From assembly GCA_963743755.1 (NCBI GenBank), contig CAVUQU010000002.1, positions 255,276 to 319,275 of the forward strand: a stretch of DNA of 64,000 nt. Reading direction: 5' to 3'. Each line of letters opens with the position of its first letter. Position 1 is the stretch's first letter. Positions 1 to 11,007 of this stretch are shown here, piece after piece. The translations under genes and the position numbers were made by a program. The notes under the pieces are model-generated. The model was not told the origin of the DNA. It did no database searches and worked only from the letters and a program-made list of their open reading frames with translations. This DNA comes from an uncultured bacterium (lineage in GTDB: Bacteria; Acidobacteriota; Aminicenantia; Aminicenantales; Saccharicenantaceae).

Positions 1-87
1 GGGAGAACGACCCTCGAAGGGGGAGAGGGATTCTCCCTCCGCCCGCCCTGCGGGCTTTCGTCTTTCTTCGGGGCGCGGCAGAGGCGC

Positions 88-1349
88 TTATTCGGCTCCG
101 ATGGGCCGGTCGATCGACTCGGCTTCGAGACCTCCGAGGTGCCTGGCGCCCGACTCCGTGACGACCATGCAGTCCTCGGTCCGGATGCCGAACTCGCCGT
201 AGATGTAGATGCCGGGCTCGTTGCTGAAGGTCATGCCCGGGACGATCTTGAGCGTATTCCCCTTGACGAGATAGGGGTACTCGTGTCCCTCCATGCCGAT
301 GCCGTGGCCGAGGCGGTGGGCGAAGTACTTGTAGCCCGGTCCGAATCCGGCGTCCTCGACGACTTTCCGGGCCGCCCGGTCGACCGACTCGCAGGTCGCG
401 CCGGGCCTGGCCGCGGCGAGGGCCGCCTTTTGGGCATTCCGGACGATGTCCCAGACCTTCTTCTGCTTGTCCGTGGGTTTGCCGAAGACGACCGTCCGGG
501 TGATGTCGGAGCGGTAGCCCTCGATGGCGCAGCCGCCGTCGACGAGCACGGCATCGCCGGGCTGGAGATTGCGGGGGACCTGGGAGCCGTGGGGGAAGGC
601 CGTGTTCGGGCCGAACTGCGGCCCGCCGCCGCCCTGCGAGCCGAGCTTCTGCGTCGCCCCGGCGATAGCCATGGCCAGGTCGCGCGTCGTCATGCCCTCG
701 CGGAGCGTCTTGAAGCCCTCGCGATAGGCGAGCTTGGTGATCTGGTTGGCCAGGTCCATGTAGGCGATCTCCTTGGCCGTTTTGACGCCCCGGCAGCCTT
801 CGGTGACGGACGCGCCGTCGACGATCTCGATCCCCGTGAGTGTCCGCCGCAGGCCGTGGATCTCGAAGGCCCGCAGGTCCGGGGCCGTGCCGAGCTTCCC
901 GGTCGAGGCGCCGAGGTCCTTCATGACGCCGCCGATGAGGGCGTAGGGGCTCTCGTGCTCGTCCCAGGTCCGGATCTCCTGTCCGGCCGGGACGAGCTCC
1001 TTGGCGCGCTCCACCTCGAAGGATGGACAGACCCAGATCGGGTCATGCTTCCGGCTCAGGAGGACGCCGAAGACGCGCTCGCTCAGCCACCAGCCGACCT
1101 TGGTGAAGTAGAGGAGGTTCGTCCCGCCGCCTACGAACAGGGCGTCGAGCCCCTGCCCGGCGAGCAGGCGCCGGGCGTTCTCGCGGCGCGCGGCGAAATC
1201 CTCCGGCGTCAGCGGTTCGACGCCCGCGGCGAGGTTCTTGAGCTCCTGGCCGGGCCCGGAAGCGGGCGCGGCGATTGCGTGCGGATCGAGGCTCAGGGCG
1301 GCGAGGGATACGGTCCCGGTCTTGATGAACGAACGGCGCGTCAGTGACA
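88..1349 (-). CDS. M24-family metallopeptidase (Xaa-Pro aminopeptidase/creatinase-like) with twin-arginine signal peptide
   Basis: ORF 88..1716(-) trimmed to the ATG at 1349, giving MSLTRRSFIKTG (Tat motif S/T-R-R-x-F-x-K). The C-terminal HRLGHGIGMEGHE and SNEPGIY motifs are typical of the M24 pita-bread fold. Confidence 0.75.
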
Positions 1350-1513
1350 TGTCGGCCTCCTTCGAAGGACGGAAAAATATCACATCCCCGGCCGCGATTG
1401 AAGGACTATTTGTGGGGATCTGCGAGGACAATCCCCTTGCCGCCTCGAGAGGGACGGCCGGGGAGGGAAGTAGGGCTTTTTTTCGCAGCATTAAATGCGG
1501 ATAATAGGCGGAC

Positions 1514-2740
1514 ATGGCAACATTCGGATTGTCTGCGAAGTGCCAGGTCCTGACGCTAGCGCTCTGTCTGGCTCTTCTCGCCGGAACCCCGGCTTGCCGG
1601 AGCGACGAGAAGGCCCCCGCGTCCGACTCTGCCCCATATGCGGCCGCCGTCGCCGCTCCGCTTTCAGTCGATCGGGAACTTGACGACCGTTTCGCCTTTA
1701 TCGCCGGGCTGGCCACCGGCTCTCCATCCTTTTCAGCATTGGAAGCCGAACCCGCTTGGCGGGATTATGCCAAGGCCGCCGATAAGGCCTGGGGGGAATT
1801 CGAAGCCTCGGTCCTCGGACCGATGCGGACCTGGGCTGCCTCGGACCTCGCCCTGGCCCGGGAGAGAACGGAGACCCTGTTCTATCCCTTCGGCGGGCCC
1901 GATCTGGCCACGGCCCAGGCCCTTTTCCCGGAACAACCGGTGACCGTCCTCCTCGGCCTCGAGCCGGTCGGCAACCTGCCCGAACTCGACCGGTCGACGT
2001 CCGCGGCCCGGACGGTCTTCTACACGGATATGGCAGCGCTCGTCCTCGACTTCCTGACGCGCGGGTATTTCATCACCAAGGAGATGACGGACATCTATTC
2101 CCGGCGCGAGGTCGACGGCGCTCTGCCGGTCATCGGCTTCTTCCTGAAGAGGGGAGGGTATGCGGTGGCCGGCGTCCGGCGGCTGGCGCCCGCGGCCGAT
2201 GGCACCTGGACGGAGACCCCCTATGAGCACGCAGCCGAGCGGCATCACCGTCCCTACGGCATCCGGATCGATTATTTCAAGCCGGGCGAATCGCTCCTGA
2301 GGACGGTCTACTATTTTTCCTGCGACGTCGAGAACCGCGCGTTCAGTGCGGGTTCCCCCCTTCACAGCTTCCTGGCCGGGCTCGAGCGCCCGACGACCTT
2401 CATCAAGGCCGGCTCCTACCTCCTCCACTGGGACAACTTCTCGACGCTGCGAAGCCTCATCCTCGACCGGAGCCTCTATGTCCTCGAGGACGATACGGCC
2501 ATCCCGTATCGCTTCTTCGTGAGGGGCGGCTGGGGCATCACGCTCTTCGGCCGGTACGCGACTCCGGTCAAGGATTTCTCCAATGTCGAGCAGGCGGACC
2601 TGCGCGCCGCCTACGAGGACCCGGAGACGAAAGTCCGGCCGCTCCCGTTCCACTTCGGCTACCGCTGGCGGTCGCAGGTCGACAACCTACTCCTCGCAGA
2701 GAGACCTCGAAAGCCCTATAAAGTGCCAGTCGTCAGGTGA
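1514..2740 (+). CDS. hypothetical secreted protein (signal peptide, possible lipoprotein)
   Basis: 408-aa ORF with a hydrophobic N-terminus, LALCLALLAGTPAC. No family recognised. Codon usage is consistent with the high-GC host. Confidence 0.6.
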   Translation: MATFGLSAKCQVLTLALCLALLAGTPACRSDEKAPASDSAPYAAAVAAPLSVDRELDDRFAFIAGLATGSPSFSALEAEPAWRDYAKAADKAWGEFEASVLGPMRTWAASDLALARERTETLFYPFGGPDLATAQALFPEQPVTVLLGLEPVGNLPELDRSTSAARTVFYTDMAALVLDFLTRGYFITKEMTDIYSRREVDGALPVIGFFLKRGGYAVAGVRRLAPAADGTWTETPYEHAAERHHRPYGIRIDYFKPGESLLRTVYYFSCDVENRAFSAGSPLHSFLAGLERPTTFIKAGSYLLHWDNFSTLRSLILDRSLYVLEDDTAIPYRFFVRGGWGITLFGRYATPVKDFSNVEQADLRAAYEDPETKVRPLPFHFGYRWRSQVDNLLLAERPRKPYKVPVVR

Positions 2741-2747
2741 GGGCGTC

Positions 2748-2775
2748 TGGCGGGGATTGAGGATTCGAACATTCC
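2748..2775 (-). repeat. degenerate partial copy of the tRNA-Gln 3' end (T-loop to CCA)
   Basis: Minus-strand reading GGAATGTTCGAATCCTCAATCCCCGCCA shares GTTCGAATCCT and a ..TCCCnGCCA tail with the 3' end of tRNA-Gln at 3142..3215. It has no D arm or anticodon arm and its T-stem does not pair, so it is not a functional tRNA. Confidence 0.4.
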
Positions 2776-2869
2776 GCAGGGATCCCGTGTCAGAGCATTA
2801 TTTATGCTTGCCATAGAGCCATTCTATTCTGTAAAATTATTGAGCCTTAAAGATTAAGGAGGGGAAATC

Positions 2870-3040
2870 ATGAAGCTCTGTTTCTGCCGGTTTTTGTTGG
2901 CTGTAGCCGCAGTGGTTATCGCAGTATTCTGGTGGCCAGCGTCTTGGGCCAAATGGGCGATCATCGCCGCGGCCGCGATCCTGGCTATCATGAGCCTCTT
3001 TTATCAGACGTGCTGTTGCCGGAGCTTGAAAAAGGAATAA
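2870..3040 (+). CDS. small hydrophobic protein (56 aa) in AT-rich spacer
   Basis: ATG at 2870 is preceded by the strong SD TTAAGGAGGGG and the frame reaches TAA at 3040. Translation is MKLCFCRFLLAVAAVVIAVFWWPASWAKWAIIAAAAILAIMSLFYQTCCCRSLKKE, a single or double TM helix. It was not in the supplied ORF track because it is under 60 aa. Confidence 0.4.
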   Translation: MKLCFCRFLLAVAAVVIAVFWWPASWAKWAIIAAAAILAIMSLFYQTCCCRSLKKE

Positions 3041-3141
3041 CCAGGGACCGGAAAACCCTGGGCCTAAGAATCCCCCTTCTGAGTTCTTCTTTCACAAGGG
3101 AGGAATTCGTCTGGTTTTATGTTCCAGGTGAGAAGGGGAGT

Positions 3142-3215
3142 TGGCTGGGAAGCAAGGATTCGAACCTTGATTGCATGATCCAGAGTCATGAGTCCTGCCG
3201 TTGGACGACTTCCCA
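3142..3215 (-). tRNA. tRNA-Gln (anticodon CUG)
   Basis: Minus-strand sequence TGGGAAG-TC-GTCC-AACGGCA-GGAC-T-CATGA-CTCTGGA-TCATG-CAAT-CAAGG-TTCGAAT-CCTTG-CTTCCCA-G-CCA folds as a 74-nt cloverleaf with a 7-bp acceptor stem, U1-A72 as in bacterial tRNA-Gln, and an encoded CCA. Confidence 0.85.
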
Positions 3216-3290
3216 GCAGGGAGGTCTATATTAAAGAAATCGGGGACAAAATTCAAGTCAATTAGGGATTGTGGTAAGATTCCTGCGCCC

Positions 3291-4319
3291 ATGAGCAAAC
3301 ATGTTCGCAGCCTCGTGGTCGGCATCGTCCTGACGGTCGTCTTCCTCTATTTCTTCGGCCGCAGCGTCGCCTGGAAAGAGGTCCCCGCCCAGATCGTCGA
3401 CGTCAGCATCCCCCTGTTCCTCCTGACCATCCCCCTGGCGGCCTTCCACTTCGTCACCCGGGCCCTTCGCTGGCAGGTGCTCATCGCCCGGGAGAAGCCC
3501 GACGTCCGCTTCCGCAACCTGGTCGCGGCCAACGCCGTCGGCTTCACCGTCAACGCCGTCGTCCCCGGCCGTCTGGGCGAGCTCGTCCGCCCCATGTACC
3601 TGGCCCGCAAGGAGGGCCTGAGGACGGGCTTCGCCATCGGCACGGTCGTCGTCGAGCGGATCTTCGACGCGATCACCAACTGCGTTCTCCTCGCCCTCTT
3701 CATGGTCGCCCGGCCCCTTTTCTCCTCCTCCTGGCCCATCGGCCGCGAGGCGGGGGAGAGCCTGGTCTACTGGGGGACCGGCGGGGCGGTCCTCGCCGCG
3801 GTCCTGATCACCCTGACCCTCCTCATTTATTTCTTCCGGGAGAAGGCCGAGCGCGTCTTCACGGTCCTCGTCAAACCCCTTCCGGCCAAAGCCGGCGCGG
3901 CCGTCCTCAGGGTCTTCCACGGCTTCATCGAGGGACTGGAGTTCATCCGGACCCCCTCGCAGCTCGGCCTCTACTTCGTCCTGTCCCTCATCGTCTGGCT
4001 GGGCATCACCCTCTTCTACTGGGTCTTCTTCCTGGCCTACCGCGTCGATGCGCCTTTCTTCATGATCTGGCCCTACGTCTTCCTGACCGCCATCGGCGCG
4101 TCCATCCCCACGCCGGGCATGGTCGGCGGATTCCACTACTTCAGCAAGCTCGGCATGACCCTCGTCCTGGGCATCGCCGCGAGCCGGGCCGCCGGCATGA
4201 CACTGGTCGTCCACGCCCTCCAGATCGCCGTGACATGCGCGGTGGGTTATGGTATATTGGCCCGCGAGGGTTTGACCCTCTTCCAGCTCAAGAGGATGGG
4301 AGAGAGCGAAAGACGATGA
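3291..4319 (+). CDS. flippase-like/UPF0104 (lysylphosphatidylglycerol-synthase TM-region family) membrane protein
   Basis: ORF 3201..4319 trimmed to ATG 3291 (MSKHVRSLVVGIV) so that it does not overlap the tRNA. It has 8 or more predicted TM segments with RALRWQVLIA- and GRLGELVRP-type motifs of the PF03706-like family. Confidence 0.65.
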   Translation: MSKHVRSLVVGIVLTVVFLYFFGRSVAWKEVPAQIVDVSIPLFLLTIPLAAFHFVTRALRWQVLIAREKPDVRFRNLVAANAVGFTVNAVVPGRLGELVRPMYLARKEGLRTGFAIGTVVVERIFDAITNCVLLALFMVARPLFSSSWPIGREAGESLVYWGTGGAVLAAVLITLTLLIYFFREKAERVFTVLVKPLPAKAGAAVLRVFHGFIEGLEFIRTPSQLGLYFVLSLIVWLGITLFYWVFFLAYRVDAPFFMIWPYVFLTAIGASIPTPGMVGGFHYFSKLGMTLVLGIAASRAAGMTLVVHALQIAVTCAVGYGILAREGLTLFQLKRMGESERR

Positions 4320-4771
4320 GGTGCCCGTTCTGCGGCTTTCTTGAGAGCAAGGTCATCGACTCCCGCGAGAGCAAGAAGGGGATCTCCATCCGCCGCCGGC
4401 GGGAATGCCTGTCGTGCAAGCGCCGGTTCACGACCTACGAGAAGATCGAGGAGATCCCCTACATGGTCGTCAAGAAGGACGGCACCCGCCAGCCCTTCGA
4501 CACCCAGAAGCTCCTGCGGGGGATGATGAAGGCCTGCGAGAAACGGCCCATCCAGATCAGCCAGCTCGAGGAGATCATCGAAGAGATCGAATCGCTCCTC
4601 CAGGAGAGGCCGGACAAGGAGATCGCCGTTTCCGAGATCGGACAGCTCGTCATGGACCGCCTCAAGGGCTTGGACATGGTCGCCTACGTGAGGTTCGCCT
4701 CGGTCTACCGGGAGTTCGGCGACGTCGCCGAGTTCCGCCGGGAGCTCGAGGACCTCATGAAGGAAAAATAA
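4316..4771 (+). CDS. nrdR: transcriptional repressor NrdR
   Basis: MRCPFCG...CLSCKRRFTTYE zinc ribbon followed by an ATP-cone. The start overlaps the stop of the upstream gene (ATGA). Confidence 0.9.
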   Translation: MRCPFCGFLESKVIDSRESKKGISIRRRRECLSCKRRFTTYEKIEEIPYMVVKKDGTRQPFDTQKLLRGMMKACEKRPIQISQLEEIIEEIESLLQERPDKEIAVSEIGQLVMDRLKGLDMVAYVRFASVYREFGDVAEFRRELEDLMKEK

Positions 4772-4788
4772 CCTTCACACCGTCCGCC

Positions 4789-5238
4789 ATGGTCCGCCAC
4801 ATCAAGCCCGTTTCCCGCCCGCGCAAGGCCGAAACGCGTGTCCGGACCACGGACCGGGCCCTCCGCCCGGCCGATCCGGGCCTGCCCGTCCCCGGCGAAG
4901 TCACCCTGCCGGCGGTCGACGTCTACGAGACGGCGACGGACTACATCGTCGAGATCGAGCTCCCGGGCGTCGAGGAGAAGGACGTCAAGGTGCTCCTCTT
5001 CTCGAGCCGCATCGAGGTCAGCGGCTTCAAGCGGGAGCTCGGGGCGCCGAGCGGCTCGCGCTACAACCGGCTCGAACGGGAGTTCGGGACCTTCCGCCGG
5101 GACGTCGTCATGCCCGGGGCGGTCGACCCCGACCGGGCCTGCGCCGCCCTCGAGAACGGCGTCCTGACGGTCGTATTGAGGAAGCCCCCGCGCAAGCGGA
5201 GGGACGTGGACATCAAGACCCGCCGCGACGGCGGTTGA
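4789..5238 (+). CDS. Hsp20/alpha-crystallin family small heat-shock protein
   Basis: PAVDVYETATDYIVEIELPGVEEKDVKV...GVLTVVLRK alpha-crystallin domain. The ATG at 4789 is in frame within ORF 4405..5238. Confidence 0.8.
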   Translation: MVRHIKPVSRPRKAETRVRTTDRALRPADPGLPVPGEVTLPAVDVYETATDYIVEIELPGVEEKDVKVLLFSSRIEVSGFKRELGAPSGSRYNRLEREFGTFRRDVVMPGAVDPDRACAALENGVLTVVLRKPPRKRRDVDIKTRRDGG

Positions 5239-5254
5239 GATCGGAGATCTTTTC

Positions 5255-7699
5255 ATGGCCAGCATCGACAACAAGAACGGCGAAGAGCTCGAAGGACTGC
5301 TGGAGGGCCAGAATCCCAAGCTCCAGGTCCCGGGGAAGCTGCCCATCCTCCTGCTGCGGGACGTCGTCATGTTCCCCTTCATGATCGCCCCGCTCTTCGT
5401 CGGGCGCGAGAAATCCAAGAACGCCATCGACGTCGCCCTGTCGACCAACCGGATGATCCTCCTCCTGACCCAGAAGGACATGGAGGTCGAGGACCCCAAG
5501 CGCGAGGACGTCTACGACGTCGGCACGGTCGCCCTGATCATGCGCATGCTCAAGCTCCCCGACGGCCGGGTGCGCATCCTGGCCCAGGGCCTCGTCCGGG
5601 CCCGGGTCGAGTCTTTCGAGGAGGACGGCGCCCACCTCACCGCCGGGGTCGCGGTCATCGAGGAGCCCGACAAGCCCGAGAAGAGCCTCGAGAGCGAGGC
5701 CCTCATCCGCAACGTCCGCTCCGGGCTCGAGCGGGCCGCCTCGCTCGGCAAGGCCCTGCCGCCCGAGGTCCTCATCATCGCCTCGAACGTCGACGAGCCC
5801 GGCCGGCTGGCCGACCTGACCGCCTCGAACCTCGAGCTCAAGGTCGAGGAGGCCCAGGGCATCCTCGAGATCGCCGACCCGGCCCAGCGGCTGAAGAAGG
5901 TCTACGAGCTCCTGACCCGCGAGCTCGAGCTCCTCGACGTCCAGTCCAAGATCTCGACCGAGGCCAAGGGCGAGATGGACAAGCTCCAGAAGCAGTATTT
6001 CCTGCGCCAGCAGATGAAGGCCATCCAAAAAGAGCTCGGAGAGGGCACCGAGATCCAGGAGGAGATCCGGATCTACCAGGACAAGCTGCGCAAGATCCGC
6101 GTCTCCGACGAGGTCAAGGAGGAGCTCGAGAAACAGATCAGCCGGCTGGCCCAGATGCACCCGGAGTCGGCCGAGACCTCCGTCGTCCGTAACTACCTCG
6201 ACTGGATGTTCATGCTGCCGTGGAACAAGGCCACCGTGGACACGCTCGACCTGGTCAAGGCCAAGAAGATCCTCGACGACGACCACTACGGCCTGGACAA
6301 AGTCAAAGAGCGCATCCTCGAGTACCTGGGCGTCCGGAAGCTGTCGAAGACGGCCAAGGGGCCCATCCTCTGCTTCGTCGGGCCGCCCGGCGTGGGCAAG
6401 ACTTCGCTCGGCAAGTCGATCGCCCGGGCCCTCGGGCGCAAGTTCGTCCGCATCTCCCTCGGCGGCGTCCACGACGAGGCCGAGATCCGCGGCCACCGCC
6501 GGACCTACGTCGGGGCCATGCCCGGCCGCATCATCCAGGGCATCCGCCGGGCCGGCTCGGAGAACCCGGTCTTCATGATGGACGAGGTCGACAAGATCGG
6601 GTCCGATTTCCGGGGCGACCCGTCGTCGGCCCTGCTCGAGGTCCTCGATCCCGAGCAGAACAACCAGTTCCGCGACCACTACCTCGGCGTTCCCTACGAC
6701 CTGTCGAAGGTCATGTTCATCACCACGGCCAACCTCCTCGACCCCATCCAGCCGGCCTTCCGCGACCGCATGGAGGTGCTGGAGCTGCCGGGCTACACCG
6801 AGGAGGAGAAGCTCCAGATCGCGGTCCGCCACCTCATCCCCAAGCAGGTCGCCGAGAACGCCCTGACGCCCAAGCTCATCTCCTTCACCGGCGGCGCGAT
6901 CAAGAAGATCATCTCGCTCTACACGCGGGAGGCGGGCGTGCGCAACCTCGAGCGCGAGATCGCCTCGGTCTGCCGCAAGGTCGCCCGCAAGGTGGCCGAG
7001 GGGAAGAAGGGCCTGACCACGGTCACGGCCCAGTCGATCGAGCGGCATCTCGGCCCGCCCAAGATCTTCAAGGACCAGCTCCTCAAGAAGGACCAGGTCG
7101 GCGTGGCCACCGGCGTCGCCTGGACGGCGGTCGGCGGCGAGATCATGTTCGTCGAGGCGACCAAGATGCCGGGCAAGGGCGCGCTGCAGCTGACCGGCTC
7201 GCTCGGCGACGTCATGAAGGAATCGGCGCAGGCCGCCCTGAGCTACGCCCGGGCCCACGCCGCCGAGTTCGGCATCGACTCGTCCATGTTCTCCAAGAAC
7301 GACTTCCACGTCCATTTCCCCGAGGGCGCCATTCCCAAGGACGGGCCGTCGGCCGGCGTGACCATCGCCACCGCCTTCCTCTCCGTCTGCGCCAACATCA
7401 AGGTCAAGTGGGACGTGGCCATGACCGGCGAGATCACCCTGCGCGGCAACGTCCTGCCGATCGGCGGGGTCAAGGAGAAGGTCCTGGCCGCCCAGAGGGC
7501 CGGGGTCAGGAAGATGATCATGCCGGCGGCCAACAAGAAGGATCTCTACGACATCCCCAAGAAGGTCATCCGCGACCTGGAATTCATCTACGTCGAGGAC
7601 GTCAAAGAGGTCTTCCGGGAGGCCATGGCCGGTCCCTTTCCCGAGGCGCCGAAGACGGGCGGCGGGAAGGCCCCGAAGAAAAAGGATAAAAAGGCCTGA
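5255..7699 (+). CDS. lon: ATP-dependent protease La (Lon)
   Basis: 814 aa with an N-terminal LON domain, Walker [10 protein letters not shown] and the C-terminal proteolytic site PKDGPSAGV. Confidence 0.95.
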   Translation: MASIDNKNGEELEGLLEGQNPKLQVPGKLPILLLRDVVMFPFMIAPLFVGREKSKNAIDVALSTNRMILLLTQKDMEVEDPKREDVYDVGTVALIMRMLKLPDGRVRILAQGLVRARVESFEEDGAHLTAGVAVIEEPDKPEKSLESEALIRNVRSGLERAASLGKALPPEVLIIASNVDEPGRLADLTASNLELKVEEAQGILEIADPAQRLKKVYELLTRELELLDVQSKISTEAKGEMDKLQKQYFLRQQMKAIQKELGEGTEIQEEIRIYQDKLRKIRVSDEVKEELEKQISRLAQMHPESAETSVVRNYLDWMFMLPWNKATVDTLDLVKAKKILDDDHYGLDKVKERILEYLGVRKLSKTAKGPILCFVGPPGVGKTSLGKSIARALGRKFVRISLGGVHDEAEIRGHRRTYVGAMPGRIIQGIRRAGSENPVFMMDEVDKIGSDFRGDPSSALLEVLDPEQNNQFRDHYLGVPYDLSKVMFITTANLLDPIQPAFRDRMEVLELPGYTEEEKLQIAVRHLIPKQVAENALTPKLISFTGGAIKKIISLYTREAGVRNLEREIASVCRKVARKVAEGKKGLTTVTAQSIERHLGPPKIFKDQLLKKDQVGVATGVAWTAVGGEIMFVEATKMPGKGALQLTGSLGDVMKESAQAALSYARAHAAEFGIDSSMFSKNDFHVHFPEGAIPKDGPSAGVTIATAFLSVCANIKVKWDVAMTGEITLRGNVLPIGGVKEKVLAAQRAGVRKMIMPAANKKDLYDIPKKVIRDLEFIYVEDVKEVFREAMAGPFPEAPKTGGGKAPKKKDKKA

Positions 7700-7711
7700 G
7701 GGGAGGGCGCG

Positions 7712-8686
7712 ATGCGGCTGAAGCATCTGGGCGAGCGACGCGTGATCGCGAAGATCCGGCGCTCCTTCGACCGGGGGCGGAAGGACGTCCTGGTCGGCAT
7801 CGGCGACGACGCCGCCCTTGTCCGGACGCCCGGTTCGCTCCTCCTTACGACCGACGTCCTCGTCGAGGACGAGGATTTCCGCCTCGCCGATCACCCGCCG
7901 CGCCTCCTCGGCCGCAAGGCCCTCAACGTCAACCTCAGCGACATCGCGGCCATGGGGGGGCGGCCCCTCCACGCCCTCGTGGGTTTGGCCCTGCCCGGGA
8001 CGGTCGAGGCGAAATGGCTCGACGATTTCATGGCCGGTTTCCGGAGCGCCGCCCATCAGGCGGACGTGGCCCTCATCGGCGGCGACCTGTCCGGTGCCGA
8101 GAAGGTCATGATCTCGGTCACGGTCACGGGCTCGGTGAAATTCCCGGTCAAGCGGAGCGGGGCCCGGCCGGGCGATTCGATCTACGTCTCCGGGACGCTC
8201 GGCGACGCTGCCGGAGGACTGCGCCTGGTCGAAAAGGGCGGGGTCAGCGGGGTCGTCAAGGCCGTCCGGCCTCTCGTCAAGGCCTTTCTCGACCCGTCGC
8301 CCCGGTTGGAGCTGGGCGCATGCCTGGCCGAGGGGAGGCTCGCCTCGGCGATGATCGATCTCTCGGACGGACTGTCGGTCGACCTGGGCCACATCTGCGC
8401 TGAGAGCCGGGTGGGGGCGGAGGTCGAAGCGCCGCTCGTCCCGATCTCGGCGGCCCTCGACTGCCTGGCGCGGGACCCGCTGGCGATGGCCCTCAACGGG
8501 GGAGAGGATTACGAGCTGCTATTCACGGTCCGGCCCGCCAAGAGAGCGGCGGTCGAGGCGCTGGCTGAGCGCTTCGGATTGACCCGGATCGGCCTCATCA
8601 CGCCCGGCCGGAGGATCGTCCTCGCCGGCCCGGGCAAAAAACGCAGGCCGCTGAAGGCCCGAGGGTTCGAGCACTTCTCCGGCTGA
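7712..8686 (+). CDS. thiL: thiamine-monophosphate kinase
   Basis: AIR-synthase-related fold with GIGDDAA and LIGGDL motifs, 324 aa. Confidence 0.8.
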   Translation: MRLKHLGERRVIAKIRRSFDRGRKDVLVGIGDDAALVRTPGSLLLTTDVLVEDEDFRLADHPPRLLGRKALNVNLSDIAAMGGRPLHALVGLALPGTVEAKWLDDFMAGFRSAAHQADVALIGGDLSGAEKVMISVTVTGSVKFPVKRSGARPGDSIYVSGTLGDAAGGLRLVEKGGVSGVVKAVRPLVKAFLDPSPRLELGACLAEGRLASAMIDLSDGLSVDLGHICAESRVGAEVEAPLVPISAALDCLARDPLAMALNGGEDYELLFTVRPAKRAAVEALAERFGLTRIGLITPGRRIVLAGPGKKRRPLKARGFEHFSG

Positions 8687-8691
8687 CCGCG

Positions 8692-10199
<1,508 letters not shown>

Positions 10200-10343
10200 G
10201 GCAGTCCTCCCAACGTGAGTCTTATTAATAGCATATCGGACCCGGAATTTCAATTGCTCCAACCCCTTCCCAACGCCGGCCGGCGGGCGTTCGTTGCGCC
10301 GGGAATTGAATCATTCGCTCATCCGGGCTAAGATTGCCTTGTT

Positions 10344-10949
10344 ATGACCGTTAAGCGCCGACGCGGCCTCCTCATCGTCCTCGAAGGGATCGACGGGTCG
10401 GGGAAGACGACCCAGGCCCGCCGCCTGCTGCGCCGGCTCCGCCGCCGCGGCTTCAAGGCGGCCTTCTTCAGGGAACCGACGCGCGGGAAGTGGGGCCGGG
10501 AGATCAAGCGGCAGGCCGCCCGGGCCGATTCCCTGACGCCGGAGCAGGAGCTCGATCTCTTCGTCAAGGACCGCCGCGAGAACGTCGACAGGAACCTCCG
10601 GCCGTCCCTGGCGGCCGGGAAGGTCGTGGTCCTCGACCGCTACTACTTCTCCACGATCGCCTACCAGGGAGCCAAAGGCGTGGACATGCGGCGGATCCGC
10701 CGGGTCAACGAGGCTTTCGCCGTCCCGCCCGACCTCGTCGTCGTCCTCGACGTCGAGGCCGGGGCCGGGCTGCGGCGCATCCGCGGCCGAAAGACCCGGG
10801 ACGAGCTCTTCGAGCGCGAGGACTACCTCGTCCGGGTCCGCGAGATCTTCCGGAGCTTCGAGGGGCCGGAATTCGTCCACATCGACGGCCGGGACGATCC
10901 CCGCGCCGTAGCCCGGGCCATCTGGGCGGAGGTCGAGCCCCTCCTGTAG
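10344..10949 (+). CDS. tmk: thymidylate kinase
   Basis: LIVLEGIDGSGKTTQ P-loop and DRY motif, 201 aa. Confidence 0.9.
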   Translation: MTVKRRRGLLIVLEGIDGSGKTTQARRLLRRLRRRGFKAAFFREPTRGKWGREIKRQAARADSLTPEQELDLFVKDRRENVDRNLRPSLAAGKVVVLDRYYFSTIAYQGAKGVDMRRIRRVNEAFAVPPDLVVVLDVEAGAGLRRIRGRKTRDELFEREDYLVRVREIFRSFEGPEFVHIDGRDDPRAVARAIWAEVEPLL

Positions 10950-10963
10950 CGCTCCCCCAGCCT

Positions 10964-10992
10964 TTGTCATCGAGGGGCTGTTTTGCTATGAT
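10964..10992 (+). promoter_or_regulatory. putative sigma70-type promoter of mrcA
   Basis: TTGTCA, a 17-nt spacer, then TATGAT, lying 15 nt upstream of the mrcA ATG at 11008. Confidence 0.4.
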
Positions 10993-11007
10993 GGCCTTCA
11001 GACGCCC

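Noticed and set aside
139-1347. 402-aa plus-strand ORF overlapping the M24 peptidase gene
   Set aside because: It is an antisense GC-artifact ORF with no recognisable domain and is wholly contained in a confidently identified gene.
2745-2830. Possible second intact tRNA on the minus strand next to tRNA-Gln
   Set aside because: Only the T-loop and 3' tail resemble a tRNA. The putative T-stem (GAATG/CCTCA) cannot pair and there is no D arm or anticodon arm, so it is treated as a degenerate repeat.
3258-4214. 318-aa minus-strand ORF inside the flippase-like membrane protein gene
   Set aside because: It is an antisense, Asp/Glu/Gly-rich low-complexity translation, and the sense strand encodes a coherent polytopic membrane protein.
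6220-7689. 489-aa Arg/Gly/Pro-rich ORF in an alternative frame of lon
   Set aside because: It is a same-strand off-frame artifact, while the in-frame Lon sequence is fully conserved.
5213-8392. 1059-aa ORF on the minus strand spanning lon and thiL
   Set aside because: It is antisense to two strongly conserved genes and has an Asp/Gly/Arg/Leu-rich low-complexity translation. This is the typical stop-codon-poor antisense frame of 68% GC DNA, not a gene.
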